DNA of 30,135 nucleotides from Fusobacteriota bacterium (GCA_051746725.1 JBNJFI010000016.1:1-30135), one strand, 5' to 3'. Counted from the stretch's first letter, positions 19,916-29,589 are shown. Notes: a model not told the origin generated them from the sequence alone. Numbers and translations are program-made.

Positions 19916-19961
19916 CAATTTTGCAACTAGCTAGTATTATATTTGAAAGGGAGTGAGTAGG

Positions 19962-21791
19962 ATGAGTTTAACAAAAAAGTTTATGCTTATTATTTCAAGT
20001 ATTTTATTTGTGGGAATAATAGTTATAATGGGATTGGAAATTAAAAGTGAATTTAAAAATGAAGAAATTTTATTAAAGAGAAGAAGAACTGAACTTATGA
20101 ACGAAAAAAAGCAAAAACTTGAAGAATTAATAGACATGGCTTCATCTAGTATTAATAATGGGAAAACAGGAAATGGTATACCTAGTGAAAAGGAAATGAT
20201 TAAAATAATAAAAAGGTTAAGATATGGGAATGATGGTTATTTTTGGATAAACGATGATACCCAACCTTATCCTAAAATGATAATGCATCCAATATCGCCT
20301 CAATTAAATGGAAAAATATTAAATGATTCTTCATATAATGTTGCAAAAGGAGAAGTTAAAAATCTTTTTTCGGCAGCAGTAAAAGTAGCTAAAGATGATG
20401 GAGCTGGATATGTAGAATATATGTGGCCTAAACCAGGTGAAGAGGAAAATCAACCGAAATTGAGTTATGTAAAATATTTTAAAGACAAAGGTTGGATACT
20501 TGGAACAGGGTTTTATATAGATGATATTGATAAAGCTATAGCTATTCAAAGAACAGAAATCAGAAAAAGAGTGATAGATAAGATAACTTCTACAGTAATT
20601 ACTTTAGTGGGATTAATTATTTTAATTGGACTTAGTATTTATTTTTTGATAATTAATTTAATAAGAGATCCCTTGGAAAATCTAAAAAATAAATTTTTAG
20701 AAGTATCAAGGGGAAATTTAGGTGTCAGATTAGAAGTTAAAAATAACGATGAAATTGGAGAATTATCACAAAATTTTAATGATTTAATGATGAAATTAGG
20801 AAAAACAATGGAAAATATTCAAAATTTAGCTAATACAGTTAAATCTGAAAATGAGTTTTTATCTAAAAATATGGATAATCTTGTTAAAGGAAAAAAGAGT
20901 CAATATTATTCTCAAATAAAAGACAAACTAGATAATGGAGTACTTCAATTGGAAGACTATATTGAAACAGTTTTAGATAATGTACGAAATCAAACTGCAA
21001 GTACTGAAGAATCTTTAGCTGGACTTGAAGAGATAGCCACAACTAGTAAGAAAATTGAAGATTCTGCAACAAACACTTTAGCTACTTCAGAAAATGCAAT
21101 TGAAAATGCCAAAATAAGTTTTAATAATGTAGAAGAGATGACAGAAGGAATGGAAGATATAAATAAAAGTGTAAGTCGAACCAATAAAAAAATTACAGAG
21201 TTAAGTGATTTATCAGATAATATCGGAGAGATAATAGTAGCAATAAATGGAATAGCAGAACAAACTAATTTACTGGCATTAAATGCAGCAATAGAAGCAG
21301 CAAGAGCTGGAGAGGCTGGAAAAGGATTTGCAGTAGTTGCAGATGAAATAAGAAAATTAGCTGAAAAAACAAATACCGAAACAGAAAAAATAGAAAATAT
21401 AATCAAAAATATTCAAAATGAAGTAACAGAAGTTAAAGTAGCAAATAAAGAAGTAGAAGAAAATGTTGAAAATGGAATCAAATTAACTGAAACAGTTAAA
21501 GAGAACATAAAAAACATAAGAATTATAACAGAAGAGAATAACAAAAAAGTTAAGGAAATTTCTGTTTCAACTAATGAGCAATCTACAGCTTCAGATGAAA
21601 TAACTAATGCAGTTAATAGTATAACTGAAAATTCAGCACAAATAGAAGAATTAGGAATGGAAACCAATGAAGTTGCCTCTGATATAGTTAAAGTTATAGA
21701 AAATAATCTAGAGAGAATAAAAAAAGTATCGAGTATCGCTTCAGATTTAAATAAAGATGTTCAGTCGTTTAATCTTCATGATAAAAATTAA
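19962..21791 (+). CDS. Methyl-accepting chemotaxis protein (sCache_2 sensor)
   Basis: TM-sCache_2 ([35 protein letters not shown])-TM-HAMP-MCPsignal ([37 protein letters not shown]); ATG 19962 chosen from AAAGGGAG spacing (GTG 19953 is an alternative). Confidence 0.95.
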   Translation: MSLTKKFMLIISSILFVGIIVIMGLEIKSEFKNEEILLKRRRTELMNEKKQKLEELIDMASSSINNGKTGNGIPSEKEMIKIIKRLRYGNDGYFWINDDTQPYPKMIMHPISPQLNGKILNDSSYNVAKGEVKNLFSAAVKVAKDDGAGYVEYMWPKPGEEENQPKLSYVKYFKDKGWILGTGFYIDDIDKAIAIQRTEIRKRVIDKITSTVITLVGLIILIGLSIYFLIINLIRDPLENLKNKFLEVSRGNLGVRLEVKNNDEIGELSQNFNDLMMKLGKTMENIQNLANTVKSENEFLSKNMDNLVKGKKSQYYSQIKDKLDNGVLQLEDYIETVLDNVRNQTASTEESLAGLEEIATTSKKIEDSATNTLATSENAIENAKISFNNVEEMTEGMEDINKSVSRTNKKITELSDLSDNIGEIIVAINGIAEQTNLLALNAAIEAARAGEAGKGFAVVADEIRKLAEKTNTETEKIENIIKNIQNEVTEVKVANKEVEENVENGIKLTETVKENIKNIRIITEENNKKVKEISVSTNEQSTASDEITNAVNSITENSAQIEELGMETNEVASDIVKVIENNLERIKKVSSIASDLNKDVQSFNLHDKN

Positions 21792-21813
21792 AATTTAATA
21801 AAATATCATAATT

Positions 21814-21849
21814 AAAAAATCCCTGGAATTATTCAAAGGGATTTTTTTT
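21814..21849 (+). terminator. Intrinsic terminator after first MCP
   Basis: AAAAAATCCCT...AGGGATTTTTT inverted repeat with T tract. Confidence 0.75.
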
Positions 21850-22000
21850 ATAAAAAAGAAAAAGAAAAAAAAGGAAATAAAAAAATATTTAGAATATATG
21901 TTATACAAGAATATAAAAAAATAGAGCTGTATATTTTAAATGAGTTTTTAATTAGATTTATATATATAGTAATATTATCAAAAGGAAAGGAGTGGTGTAA

Positions 22001-23866
22001 ATGCAATTAAACACAAAATTAATGACAGCAATTCTTACAGTTATAATATTAGGAGTAGCTGTGGTTTCTGGATTAAGTATTAGAGAACAAAGAGAATCTA
22101 GAAATGAGTTCTTAGAGTCATATGAAGAGACTATTATAAAAGAAAAAAAGGCAAAATTAAGAAATTTAGTTGAAACAAAATTTTCTATTTTTGAATATTA
22201 TCTAGAAAAAGAAAAAACAGGTGAGATGTCAAAGAATGAAGCTCAGAAAAAGGCAAAAGAGATGATACGAGAAAGTAGATATGGAGATGGAGGATATTAT
22301 TGGATTGATAATGGTGATTATCAATTAGAAGTCTTAGCATCTGATCCATCTCAAGAGGGAATGGACCGAGAAAACATTGAAGATGTAAAAGGTAAAAAGA
22401 TGGTTAAAGAATTAGTAGATGGAGCGGTGGAAAATGGAGAAACTTTTGTCACTTATTATTTTCCAAAGCTTGGAGAAGAGGAAGCTTCTCCTAAATTAGG
22501 ATATACTAAACATTTTGAAGAGTGGGACTGGATATTGGGAACAGGATTTTATATAGATGACGTTCAAGATGTTATTAAAAATCAAAGAAAAATATTAGAA
22601 GCTGAAGGTAGATCTGAAATGATATCACTATTAGTTGTAGTATCAATTCTAATAGTTTTGATTGGATTGACTATTTATTTCTTTTCAAAAAAGATTATTA
22701 AAGAACCCATTCAAAATTTGCAAAGAAGATTCGAGGAAGTTTCCAAAGGGGATTTAAGTGTTCGTTTAGATATTGAATCTGAAGATGAAATAGGACAGTT
22801 ATCTAGAGACTTTAATCGGCTTATGGACCGTTTAGGAAATACAATGAAAAATATACAGAGTTTATCAACTACAGTTAAAGAAGATAATGAACTACTTTCA
22901 AAGGTTATGGATAACTTGGTTAAAGGAGATAAAAGTCAGTATTTTTCTGAGATTGAAAATAATATTGAAGAAGGAATAAAACAATTAAAAGAATATATCG
23001 AAAGTGTATTAGATAATGTAAGGAATCAAACAGCTAGTACAGAAGAATCTTTAGCAGGTTTAGAAGAAATAGCTTCAACAAGTGGAGATATTAAAGAAAT
23101 AGCACAAGATACTTCTGAGACCTCCAAAGAAGCTATAAATATAGCCAAAGAAAGTTCAGAAAATATTGTAGATATGACTGAAGGAATGAACTCAATAAAT
23201 GAAAGTGTTAAAAAGACAAATAGCCAAATTGGAAAATTAAGTGAATTATCAGATAGCATAGGTGAAATAATAGTAGCAATAAATGGAATAGCAGAACAAA
23301 CAAATTTATTAGCATTGAATGCAGCAATAGAAGCGGCAAGAGCAGGAGAAGCTGGAAAAGGATTTGCAGTTGTGGCTGATGAAATACGAAAATTAGCAGA
23401 AAAGACTAATGGAGAAACAGAAAAAATTGAAAGTATAATTAAAAATATACAAAATGAAGTAGAACAAGTAAAATCAGCCAATAAAGATGTTGAAGTAAAT
23501 GTGAAAAGTGGAATTGAATTAACAAATAAAGTTAAAGAAGATGTTCAAAATATAAAAGATATAACTGAAAAAAATAATCAAAAGATAAAGGATATATCAG
23601 TATCAACAAATGAACAGGCAACAGCTTCTGATGAAATTACCCATGCTGTAAATGGAATAACAGAAAATTCTGCTCAAATAGAAGAGTTAGGAATGCAAAC
23701 AGATCAAGTTGCGGAAAGTATAGTTAATGTGATAGAAAGCAACTTGGAAATGATTGGTCAAATGTCAAAACTTGCAAGTGACTTAAATAAAGATGTTCAA
23801 TTTTTTAAACTTAAAAAAGATGCAAATAAAAATGGAGAATCATTAACAGACATAAGAGAGAGGTAA
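22001..23866 (+). CDS. Methyl-accepting chemotaxis protein (sCache_2 sensor), paralog of 19962-21791
   Basis: Same architecture; [31 protein letters not shown]; identical signalling tip. Confidence 0.95.
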   Translation: MQLNTKLMTAILTVIILGVAVVSGLSIREQRESRNEFLESYEETIIKEKKAKLRNLVETKFSIFEYYLEKEKTGEMSKNEAQKKAKEMIRESRYGDGGYYWIDNGDYQLEVLASDPSQEGMDRENIEDVKGKKMVKELVDGAVENGETFVTYYFPKLGEEEASPKLGYTKHFEEWDWILGTGFYIDDVQDVIKNQRKILEAEGRSEMISLLVVVSILIVLIGLTIYFFSKKIIKEPIQNLQRRFEEVSKGDLSVRLDIESEDEIGQLSRDFNRLMDRLGNTMKNIQSLSTTVKEDNELLSKVMDNLVKGDKSQYFSEIENNIEEGIKQLKEYIESVLDNVRNQTASTEESLAGLEEIASTSGDIKEIAQDTSETSKEAINIAKESSENIVDMTEGMNSINESVKKTNSQIGKLSELSDSIGEIIVAINGIAEQTNLLALNAAIEAARAGEAGKGFAVVADEIRKLAEKTNGETEKIESIIKNIQNEVEQVKSANKDVEVNVKSGIELTNKVKEDVQNIKDITEKNNQKIKDISVSTNEQATASDEITHAVNGITENSAQIEELGMQTDQVAESIVNVIESNLEMIGQMSKLASDLNKDVQFFKLKKDANKNGESLTDIRER

Positions 23867-23896
23867 TATAAAAAAAGATAATAAAAAATAAATAAT

Positions 23897-23918
23897 AGGA
23901 CAGGGCAACCTGTCCTTT
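23897..23918 (+). terminator. Intrinsic terminator-like hairpin after second MCP
   Basis: AGGACAGG-GCAA-CCTGTCCT (GNRA loop) followed by a short T run. Confidence 0.65.
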
Positions 23919-23946
23919 AAATTTAATTTATTTAAAAGGAGATTAG

Positions 23947-24462
23947 ATGTCAAAAAAGTTAATACAAGTGTATTTTGGAGATGGAAAAGGAAAAACAACA
24001 GCAGCAATAGGGCAAGCTATACGAGGTGCAGGCGCTGGGATGCATGTAGCTTTTGTTCAGTTTTTAAAAAATGGATCTAGCTCTGAAATATCTATTTTAA
24101 AGAGTATAAAAAATATTGATGTTTATATAATAAATTCTAATAAGAAATTTTTATGGGAATTAGAAAATCTCGATAAAATAAAAGATGAAACTCGTAAAGG
24201 ATTAAAAAATATAAAAGAGATAATAAATAAGGATAATATAGATATGCTTATTTTAGATGAAGTTTTACATTTAATTGAAAACGAAATTATTTCGGAACAA
24301 GAACTTTTGGATTTAGTATATAATAAAGATATAGAAATAGTAATAACAGGAAAAAAAATTGGAAAGAAGATTAAAAAATATGGAGATATAATAACTAATA
24401 TGAAAAAAATAAAACATGTTTATGATAAAGGTGTTAAAGCAAAAAAGGGGATAGAATTTTAA
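23947..24462 (+). CDS. cobO: ATP:cob(I)alamin adenosyltransferase (CobA/CobO/BtuR family)
   Basis: IQVYFGDGKGKTTAAIG P-loop, VQFLK, LILDE, VITG, KHVYDKGVKAKKGIEF. Confidence 0.9.
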   Translation: MSKKLIQVYFGDGKGKTTAAIGQAIRGAGAGMHVAFVQFLKNGSSSEISILKSIKNIDVYIINSNKKFLWELENLDKIKDETRKGLKNIKEIINKDNIDMLILDEVLHLIENEIISEQELLDLVYNKDIEIVITGKKIGKKIKKYGDIITNMKKIKHVYDKGVKAKKGIEF

Positions 24463-24504
24463 AATAATATATTAATATTTATCCAAATTAAAAGGAGGTA
24501 TGTC

Positions 24505-27147
24505 ATGTCAAAAAAGGTATTTATGTTTGAAGAAGGAAACAAAGAATTAAAAAGATTATTGGGAGGAAAAGGTGCTAATCTAGCAGAGATGACACGTATA
24601 GGACTAAAAGTTCCCTATGGATTTATAATTACTTCTGAAGTTTGCGTTGATTATATGCATAATGGAAGTCAAGTATTAGAAGATTTAGAGGATAATATAC
24701 TGACTTCATTGGAAAAAGTAGAGAAAAAAACAGGGAAAAGTTTTGCAGCAGAAGATAATACTTTATTAGTTTCTGTTAGATCCGGAGCTAAAATATCTAT
24801 GCCTGGAATGATGGATACAATTTTGGATTTAGGATTAAATGATGAAAATGTAGAAGGATTTTCTAAACAATTTGATGATAAAAGATTTGCCTATGACTGC
24901 TATAGAAGATTAATTCAGATGTTTGGAAATGTAGTTATGGGAATAGATCACAGTAGATTTGAAAAAGTATTGACGAAAATTAAGGATAAAAAGGGAATAG
25001 AATATGATAATGAACTATCAATAGATGATTTATGGGAAATTATCAAAGAATATAAAAAACTTATTAAAGTTGTAACAGGAAATGAATTTCCTCAGGATCC
25101 ATTTGAACAATTATTTATGGCAATAGAAGCGGTGTTTTCTTCGTGGAATAATAAAAGAGCTATTAATTATAGAAGATATAACGATATCCCAGATGAATTG
25201 GGAACTGCTGTAAATGTTCAAATGATGGTTTATGGTAATAAAAATGAAAGCTCAGGAACAGGAGTTGGATTCACACGATCACCTTCCACAGGTGAAAATG
25301 AATTATACGGGGAATATTTGAAAAATGCTCAAGGAGAAGATGTTGTAGCAGGTATAAGAACTCCTAAATTTATTACAGAAATGAAAAATGATATGCCGGG
25401 AATTTACTCTCAATTAGAAGAAATTTCAAAAAAGCTTGAAAATCATTATAAAGATGTTCAGGATATGGAATTTACCATAGAAGATGGAAAACTTTATATG
25501 TTACAAACTAGAACAGCTAAAAGAACAGCAGATGCGGCAATAAAAATTGCTGTGGATATGGTCAAAGAAGAAATAATAGATAGAAAAGAGGCTATAAATC
25601 GTATCGAACCAAAATTATTAAAACAGATAATGCATAGACGAATAAATCCTGATATTAAAAAGGAGCATGAAGTATTAACTACTGGTTTAAATGCTTCGCC
25701 TGGAGCAGCTACAGGATTAGTAATATTTGATGTGGAAAAGGCCGAAAAGTTAGGAAAAGAAGGCAAAAAAGTTATACTTGTAAGAGAGGAAACAACTCCA
25801 GATGATATAAATGGATTGGTTAATTCAGAAGGAATTGTTACTGTAAAAGGGGGAATGACTTCTCATGCAGCTGTAGTTGCACGTGGGATGGGAAAACCAT
25901 GTGTTGCTGGTTGCGGTGATATAGAATTAGATTTAGAGAATAAACAGTTTAAAATAGGAAATAAAACAATAAAAGAAAACGAAAAAATCACAATAGATGG
26001 CGGAACAGGAGAATTATTTTTTGGTGGATTAGAAAAGATAGATCCAAATTTAAGTGAGGAAGCCAAAGAATTATTGGAGTGGAGTGATGAAATTAGGACT
26101 TTGGATGTATACGCCAATGCAGATACTCCTGAAGATGCAAAATTATCTAGAGAAAATGGTGCCAAGGGAATTGGGTTATGTAGAACAGAGCATATGTTTT
26201 TCAAAAAAGATAGAGTCAAAGTAGTTCAAGATATGATAATGGCATCTGATACTAATGAAAGGATTAAAGAATTAGATAAATTACAAGAATATCAGATGAA
26301 GGATTTTCAAAAGATTTTTGAAGAGATGGATGGATTATCCATAACAATAAGACTTCTAGATCCTCCTTTAAATGAATTTTTACCTAAAATTGAAAAATTA
26401 AAAGAAGATATCGAATATAATAAAAGTCAACATGAAATAAAAGAAGCTAAGCGATTAGAAAAAATTGTTAAAAAAGTTGAATCCTTAGAGGAATCTAATC
26501 CAATGTTAGGTCATCGTGGAGTGAGACTTGGAATAGTGTATAGAGAAATTTATGAGATGCAAGTTAGAGCTATATTCAGAGCTTTGATTAACAAAAAAGA
26601 TGTTAATGTTGATCTAAAAATAATGGTTCCGTTGGTTTCTATTCCTAAAGAATTTATTGAAATCAAAAAAGCTATTAAAAGAATATATTTAGAAGAAGTT
26701 CCTCACTCAGGTAGAACTATTAATTATGAAATAGGAACAATGATAGAGTTACCTAGAGCTTGTGTATTGGCAGATAAAATAGCTAAAGATGCTCAGTTTT
26801 TCTCATTTGGAACTAATGATTTGACTCAGACTACCTTTGGTTTTAGTAGAGATGATGTTGAAGCTAAATTTTTACATTATTATTTTGAAAATGATATATT
26901 AAAAGATGATCCTTTTCAAACTATAGATCAAGAAGGTGTTGGAGAATTAATAAAGATGGCTATCAAAAAAGGGAGAAGTATTAGGGAGAATATGAGTATT
27001 GGAATATGTGGAGAACATGGAGGAGATCCTGAATCGATTAATTTTTTTAATAAAACAGATTTAGATTATGTTAGTTGCTCACCATATAGAATTCCGATAG
27101 CGAGATTAGCTGCTGCAAGGGCAGAACTTTCAAGTCAAAAAAGCTAA
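24505..27147 (+). CDS. ppdK: Pyruvate, phosphate dikinase
   Basis: LLGGKGANL, SVRSGA, MPGMMDT, GEDVVAG, GGMTSHAAVVARG, GLCRTEHMF, FSFGTNDL, GICGEHGGDP. Confidence 0.97.
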   Translation: MSKKVFMFEEGNKELKRLLGGKGANLAEMTRIGLKVPYGFIITSEVCVDYMHNGSQVLEDLEDNILTSLEKVEKKTGKSFAAEDNTLLVSVRSGAKISMPGMMDTILDLGLNDENVEGFSKQFDDKRFAYDCYRRLIQMFGNVVMGIDHSRFEKVLTKIKDKKGIEYDNELSIDDLWEIIKEYKKLIKVVTGNEFPQDPFEQLFMAIEAVFSSWNNKRAINYRRYNDIPDELGTAVNVQMMVYGNKNESSGTGVGFTRSPSTGENELYGEYLKNAQGEDVVAGIRTPKFITEMKNDMPGIYSQLEEISKKLENHYKDVQDMEFTIEDGKLYMLQTRTAKRTADAAIKIAVDMVKEEIIDRKEAINRIEPKLLKQIMHRRINPDIKKEHEVLTTGLNASPGAATGLVIFDVEKAEKLGKEGKKVILVREETTPDDINGLVNSEGIVTVKGGMTSHAAVVARGMGKPCVAGCGDIELDLENKQFKIGNKTIKENEKITIDGGTGELFFGGLEKIDPNLSEEAKELLEWSDEIRTLDVYANADTPEDAKLSRENGAKGIGLCRTEHMFFKKDRVKVVQDMIMASDTNERIKELDKLQEYQMKDFQKIFEEMDGLSITIRLLDPPLNEFLPKIEKLKEDIEYNKSQHEIKEAKRLEKIVKKVESLEESNPMLGHRGVRLGIVYREIYEMQVRAIFRALINKKDVNVDLKIMVPLVSIPKEFIEIKKAIKRIYLEEVPHSGRTINYEIGTMIELPRACVLADKIAKDAQFFSFGTNDLTQTTFGFSRDDVEAKFLHYYFENDILKDDPFQTIDQEGVGELIKMAIKKGRSIRENMSIGICGEHGGDPESINFFNKTDLDYVSCSPYRIPIARLAAARAELSSQKS

Positions 27148-27161
27148 TAAAAGGAGTAGGA

Positions 27162-27893
27162 ATGATAGAAAAAATTGAATTAACAGAGACAGTAATAAAT
27201 AAATCAGAATTTACTTTTGAATATATAGAAGATCAAACTAAAGTTAAGATAACTGATTATGATGGAAATTCTAAAAATTTAATAATTCCTTCAAAATTAA
27301 AAAATACAGATGTTTTTTCGATATCCCCAAATGCATTTAGGGATAAAGAGATTAAATCTTTGATAATTTCTGAAGGAATAATCGATATTACTGATACATT
27401 TAAAAATTGTGAATTAGAAAAGGTCTTGCTTCCTAATTCATTAAAGGCTATACCTCGAAGTGCTTTTGAACAAAATAAATTAAAAGAGATAATAATTCCA
27501 AAATCTATAACTGAAATTGGATGGTATGCATTTCAAGAAAACAGATTGGAATCTGTATTAATATCAAGTGATGTAAGAGAGATTGGATGGTATGCATTTC
27601 AAGATAATAATATTAAAGAAATAAATTTTTCCAATTCATTGGAGTACATAGGGAGACAAGCTTTTTTGAAAAACAAACTAGAAAAAATAATAATTCCCAA
27701 GTCGGTAGTTGAAATTGGAAAAAATGCTTTTTTGGACAATAATCTAAAGGAAGTTAAAATATTAAACCCAGATATCAAAATTGGAGAAGGAGCATTTTGG
27801 GCAAATGCTGATAATATAAAGATTTTAGGGATAAAAAATTCTACTGTAGAAGACTGGGCAAAAAAGAATGGTATGATATTTGAAGCTATATAA
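27162..27893 (+). CDS. BspA/TpLRR-type leucine-rich repeat protein
   Basis: About 22-aa repeats of the form LxxIxIPxSxxxIGxxAFxxN; no obvious signal peptide. Confidence 0.9.
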   Translation: MIEKIELTETVINKSEFTFEYIEDQTKVKITDYDGNSKNLIIPSKLKNTDVFSISPNAFRDKEIKSLIISEGIIDITDTFKNCELEKVLLPNSLKAIPRSAFEQNKLKEIIIPKSITEIGWYAFQENRLESVLISSDVREIGWYAFQDNNIKEINFSNSLEYIGRQAFLKNKLEKIIIPKSVVEIGKNAFLDNNLKEVKILNPDIKIGEGAFWANADNIKILGIKNSTVEDWAKKNGMIFEAI

Positions 27894-27913
27894 AAATAAA
27901 TAGACATAACACT

Positions 27914-27942
27914 TTGACAATCCAGAAGAAAAGTAGTATAAT
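27914..27942 (+). promoter_or_regulatory. Consensus sigma70 promoter for leuC-leuD
   Basis: TTGACA (27914-27919), 17 bp, TATAAT (27937-27942). Confidence 0.88.
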
Positions 27943-27977
27943 GTACCACAACGATAACACAATAGGAGGCGGATTTG

Positions 27978-29276
27978 ATGAGTATGACAATTGTAGAAAA
28001 AATATTAGCAAAACATGCTAATAAAGAGAAAGTAAAACCTGGAGAGAACATTTGGATAGAAGTAGATACGTTAATGACACATGATGTTACTGGTCCAGGA
28101 ACTATGTCTATTTTTAAAGAAAAATTTGGTGAAGATGCTAAGGTATGGGATAATGAAGGAATTGTCTTAGTTCCAGATCACTATATATTTACTAAAGACA
28201 AGCACGCAATGAGAAATTTAGAATATGTAAAACAATTTGCAAAACAGCAAGATTTAAAATATTTTTATGAACCATTTACAGATACGTATAAAGGTGTTTG
28301 TCATGTTGCATTAGCTCAAGAAGGACATACAAAGCCAGGAGAAGTATTATTTGGGACAGATTCTCATACATGTACAGCAGGTGCATTTGGTCAATTTGCA
28401 AGTGGAATTGGAAATACAGATGCTGCTTTTGTTATGGGGACAGGAAAATTATGGGTAAAAGTTCCTGAAACAATGAGATTTGTATTTGAAGGAGATATGC
28501 CAGAATATATAATGGGTAAAGATATTGTTTTACAAGTTATAGGAGATATTGGTTTTGATGGTGCGACTTATAAATGTATGCAATTTGATGGAAAGGGAAT
28601 TCATCAATTAAGCATGGAAGAAAGAATGACTATTTGTAATATGGCTATAGAAGCAGGTGGAAAATGTGGGATAATTGAACCTGATGATATAACTATTGAA
28701 TATGTAACAGAAAGAACAGATAAGCCATTTGAAATTATAAAATCAGATAAAGATGCAGAGTATTCTTATACTAAAGTATATAAATCTGAAGAATTGGAAC
28801 CAGTAGTTGCTAAACCATATTCTCCTGGAAATGCTGAGTTAGCTAAAAATTTAGGAGATGTAAAATTAGATAGAGCTTATATAGGGTCTTGTACTGGTGG
28901 AAAAACTGCAGATTTTGTTGCTGCGGCTAAGATTTTAAAAGATCAAAAAGTTAGTATAGATACATTTATAGTACCAGCGACAGTTAAAGTTAAAGAGGCT
29001 TTAAATAAGATAAAAATTGGAGGTCAAACTTTAAATGAAATATTTAAAGAAGCTGGATGTAAAATAGGAAAACCTTCTTGTGCAGCTTGTCTAGGTGGAC
29101 CTGAAGATACATTTGGAAGAACTCATGGAGAGGAAGTAGTTATATCTACAACAAATAGAAACTTCCCAGGAAGAATGGGTTCTATGGATGCACCAATTTA
29201 TTTAGCTTCACCTTATACTGCAGCTGCTTCTGCTATAACGGGTCATATAACTGATCCAAGAGAATATTTGAAGTAA
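27978..29276 (+). CDS. leuC: 3-isopropylmalate dehydratase / aconitase-family large subunit
   Basis: TIVEKIL, THD, PDH, GVCH, TDSHT, IGSCTGG, CAACLG, TTNRNFPGRMG, ASP; ATG 27978 after AGGAGG (TTG 27975 is an alternative). Confidence 0.88.
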   Translation: MSMTIVEKILAKHANKEKVKPGENIWIEVDTLMTHDVTGPGTMSIFKEKFGEDAKVWDNEGIVLVPDHYIFTKDKHAMRNLEYVKQFAKQQDLKYFYEPFTDTYKGVCHVALAQEGHTKPGEVLFGTDSHTCTAGAFGQFASGIGNTDAAFVMGTGKLWVKVPETMRFVFEGDMPEYIMGKDIVLQVIGDIGFDGATYKCMQFDGKGIHQLSMEERMTICNMAIEAGGKCGIIEPDDITIEYVTERTDKPFEIIKSDKDAEYSYTKVYKSEELEPVVAKPYSPGNAELAKNLGDVKLDRAYIGSCTGGKTADFVAAAKILKDQKVSIDTFIVPATVKVKEALNKIKIGGQTLNEIFKEAGCKIGKPSCAACLGGPEDTFGRTHGEEVVISTTNRNFPGRMGSMDAPIYLASPYTAAASAITGHITDPREYLK

Positions 29277-29308
29277 AAGTTGAAAGATGAAAGATGAAAG
29301 TTAAAAAA
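29274..29308 (+). repeat. Short heptamer tandem repeat
   Basis: TAAAAGT-TGAAAGA-TGAAAGA-TGAAAGT-TAAAAAA, starting at the leuC stop codon. Confidence 0.65.
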
Positions 29309-29333
29309 ATTATAGTTAGTTAGGAATACATTA

Positions 29334-29562
29334 TAGGTGGTTGCAAACCCTAAAAGTAAAAAACACTCAGTTTTACACAAAAAATATTAAAAATAAAAGA
29401 TAGAGATTTATTTTAAGATAAGAATATTTCAATTTTTAAGACCTTGATTGGGCAGATATGGAATCTGCCCCTACCGTGGAACTAATGGAAAGAGTTTAAA
29501 ATAATGAGTTGGAATATTTTATTGGAGGGTAATAAAAATAATTATAATTTTGCAATTAGCTA
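29334..29562 (+). mobile_element. 229-bp MITE-like element with REP-like cargo between leuC and leuD
   Basis: TIRs TAGGTGGTTGCAAAC / TTTTGCAATTAGCTA (11/15); flanking direct repeat AGGAATACATTA (29322-29333) / AGGAATATATTA (29563-29574), 11/12; last 21 bp match the 19933 end at 19/21. Confidence 0.82.
29450..29474 (-). repeat. GTAG-family REP-like palindrome
   Basis: Minus strand reads GTAG-GGGCAGAT-TCCAT-ATCTGCCC (perfect 8-bp stem). Confidence 0.8.
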
Positions 29563-29589
29563 AGGAATATATTATACAAGGAGGAATCG

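Larger units (their letters stand above)
19679..19933 (+). mobile_element. 255-bp MITE-like element with REP-like cargo
   Basis: TIRs TAGAAAGTTGCAAAA (19679-19693) and TTTTGCAACTAGCTA (19919-19933), 13/15 match; exact 11-bp flanking direct repeat GTATTATATTT (19668-19678, 19934-19944). Confidence 0.88.

Noticed and set aside
19678..19926. 82-aa minus-strand ORF spanning the MITE almost end to end
   Set aside because: TTG start inside the TIR, no RBS, no transposase motif, and no equivalent ORF listed for the 29334 copy.
21870..21900. AGGA...GAAT alternative-sigma-like motif upstream of the second MCP
   Set aside because: Short motif in extremely A-rich DNA; not distinguishable from chance.
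21225..23400. Gene conversion between MCP signalling tips
   Set aside because: Protein is identical there but many synonymous differences exist; explained by purifying selection.
797..28051. Minus-strand ORFs antisense to long genes (e.g. 797-1036, 4368-4808, 9482-10000, 20990-21406, 23026-23481, 27599-28051)
   Set aside because: Shadow frames of well-supported + strand genes, with Ser/Phe/Ile-rich composition typical of antisense.
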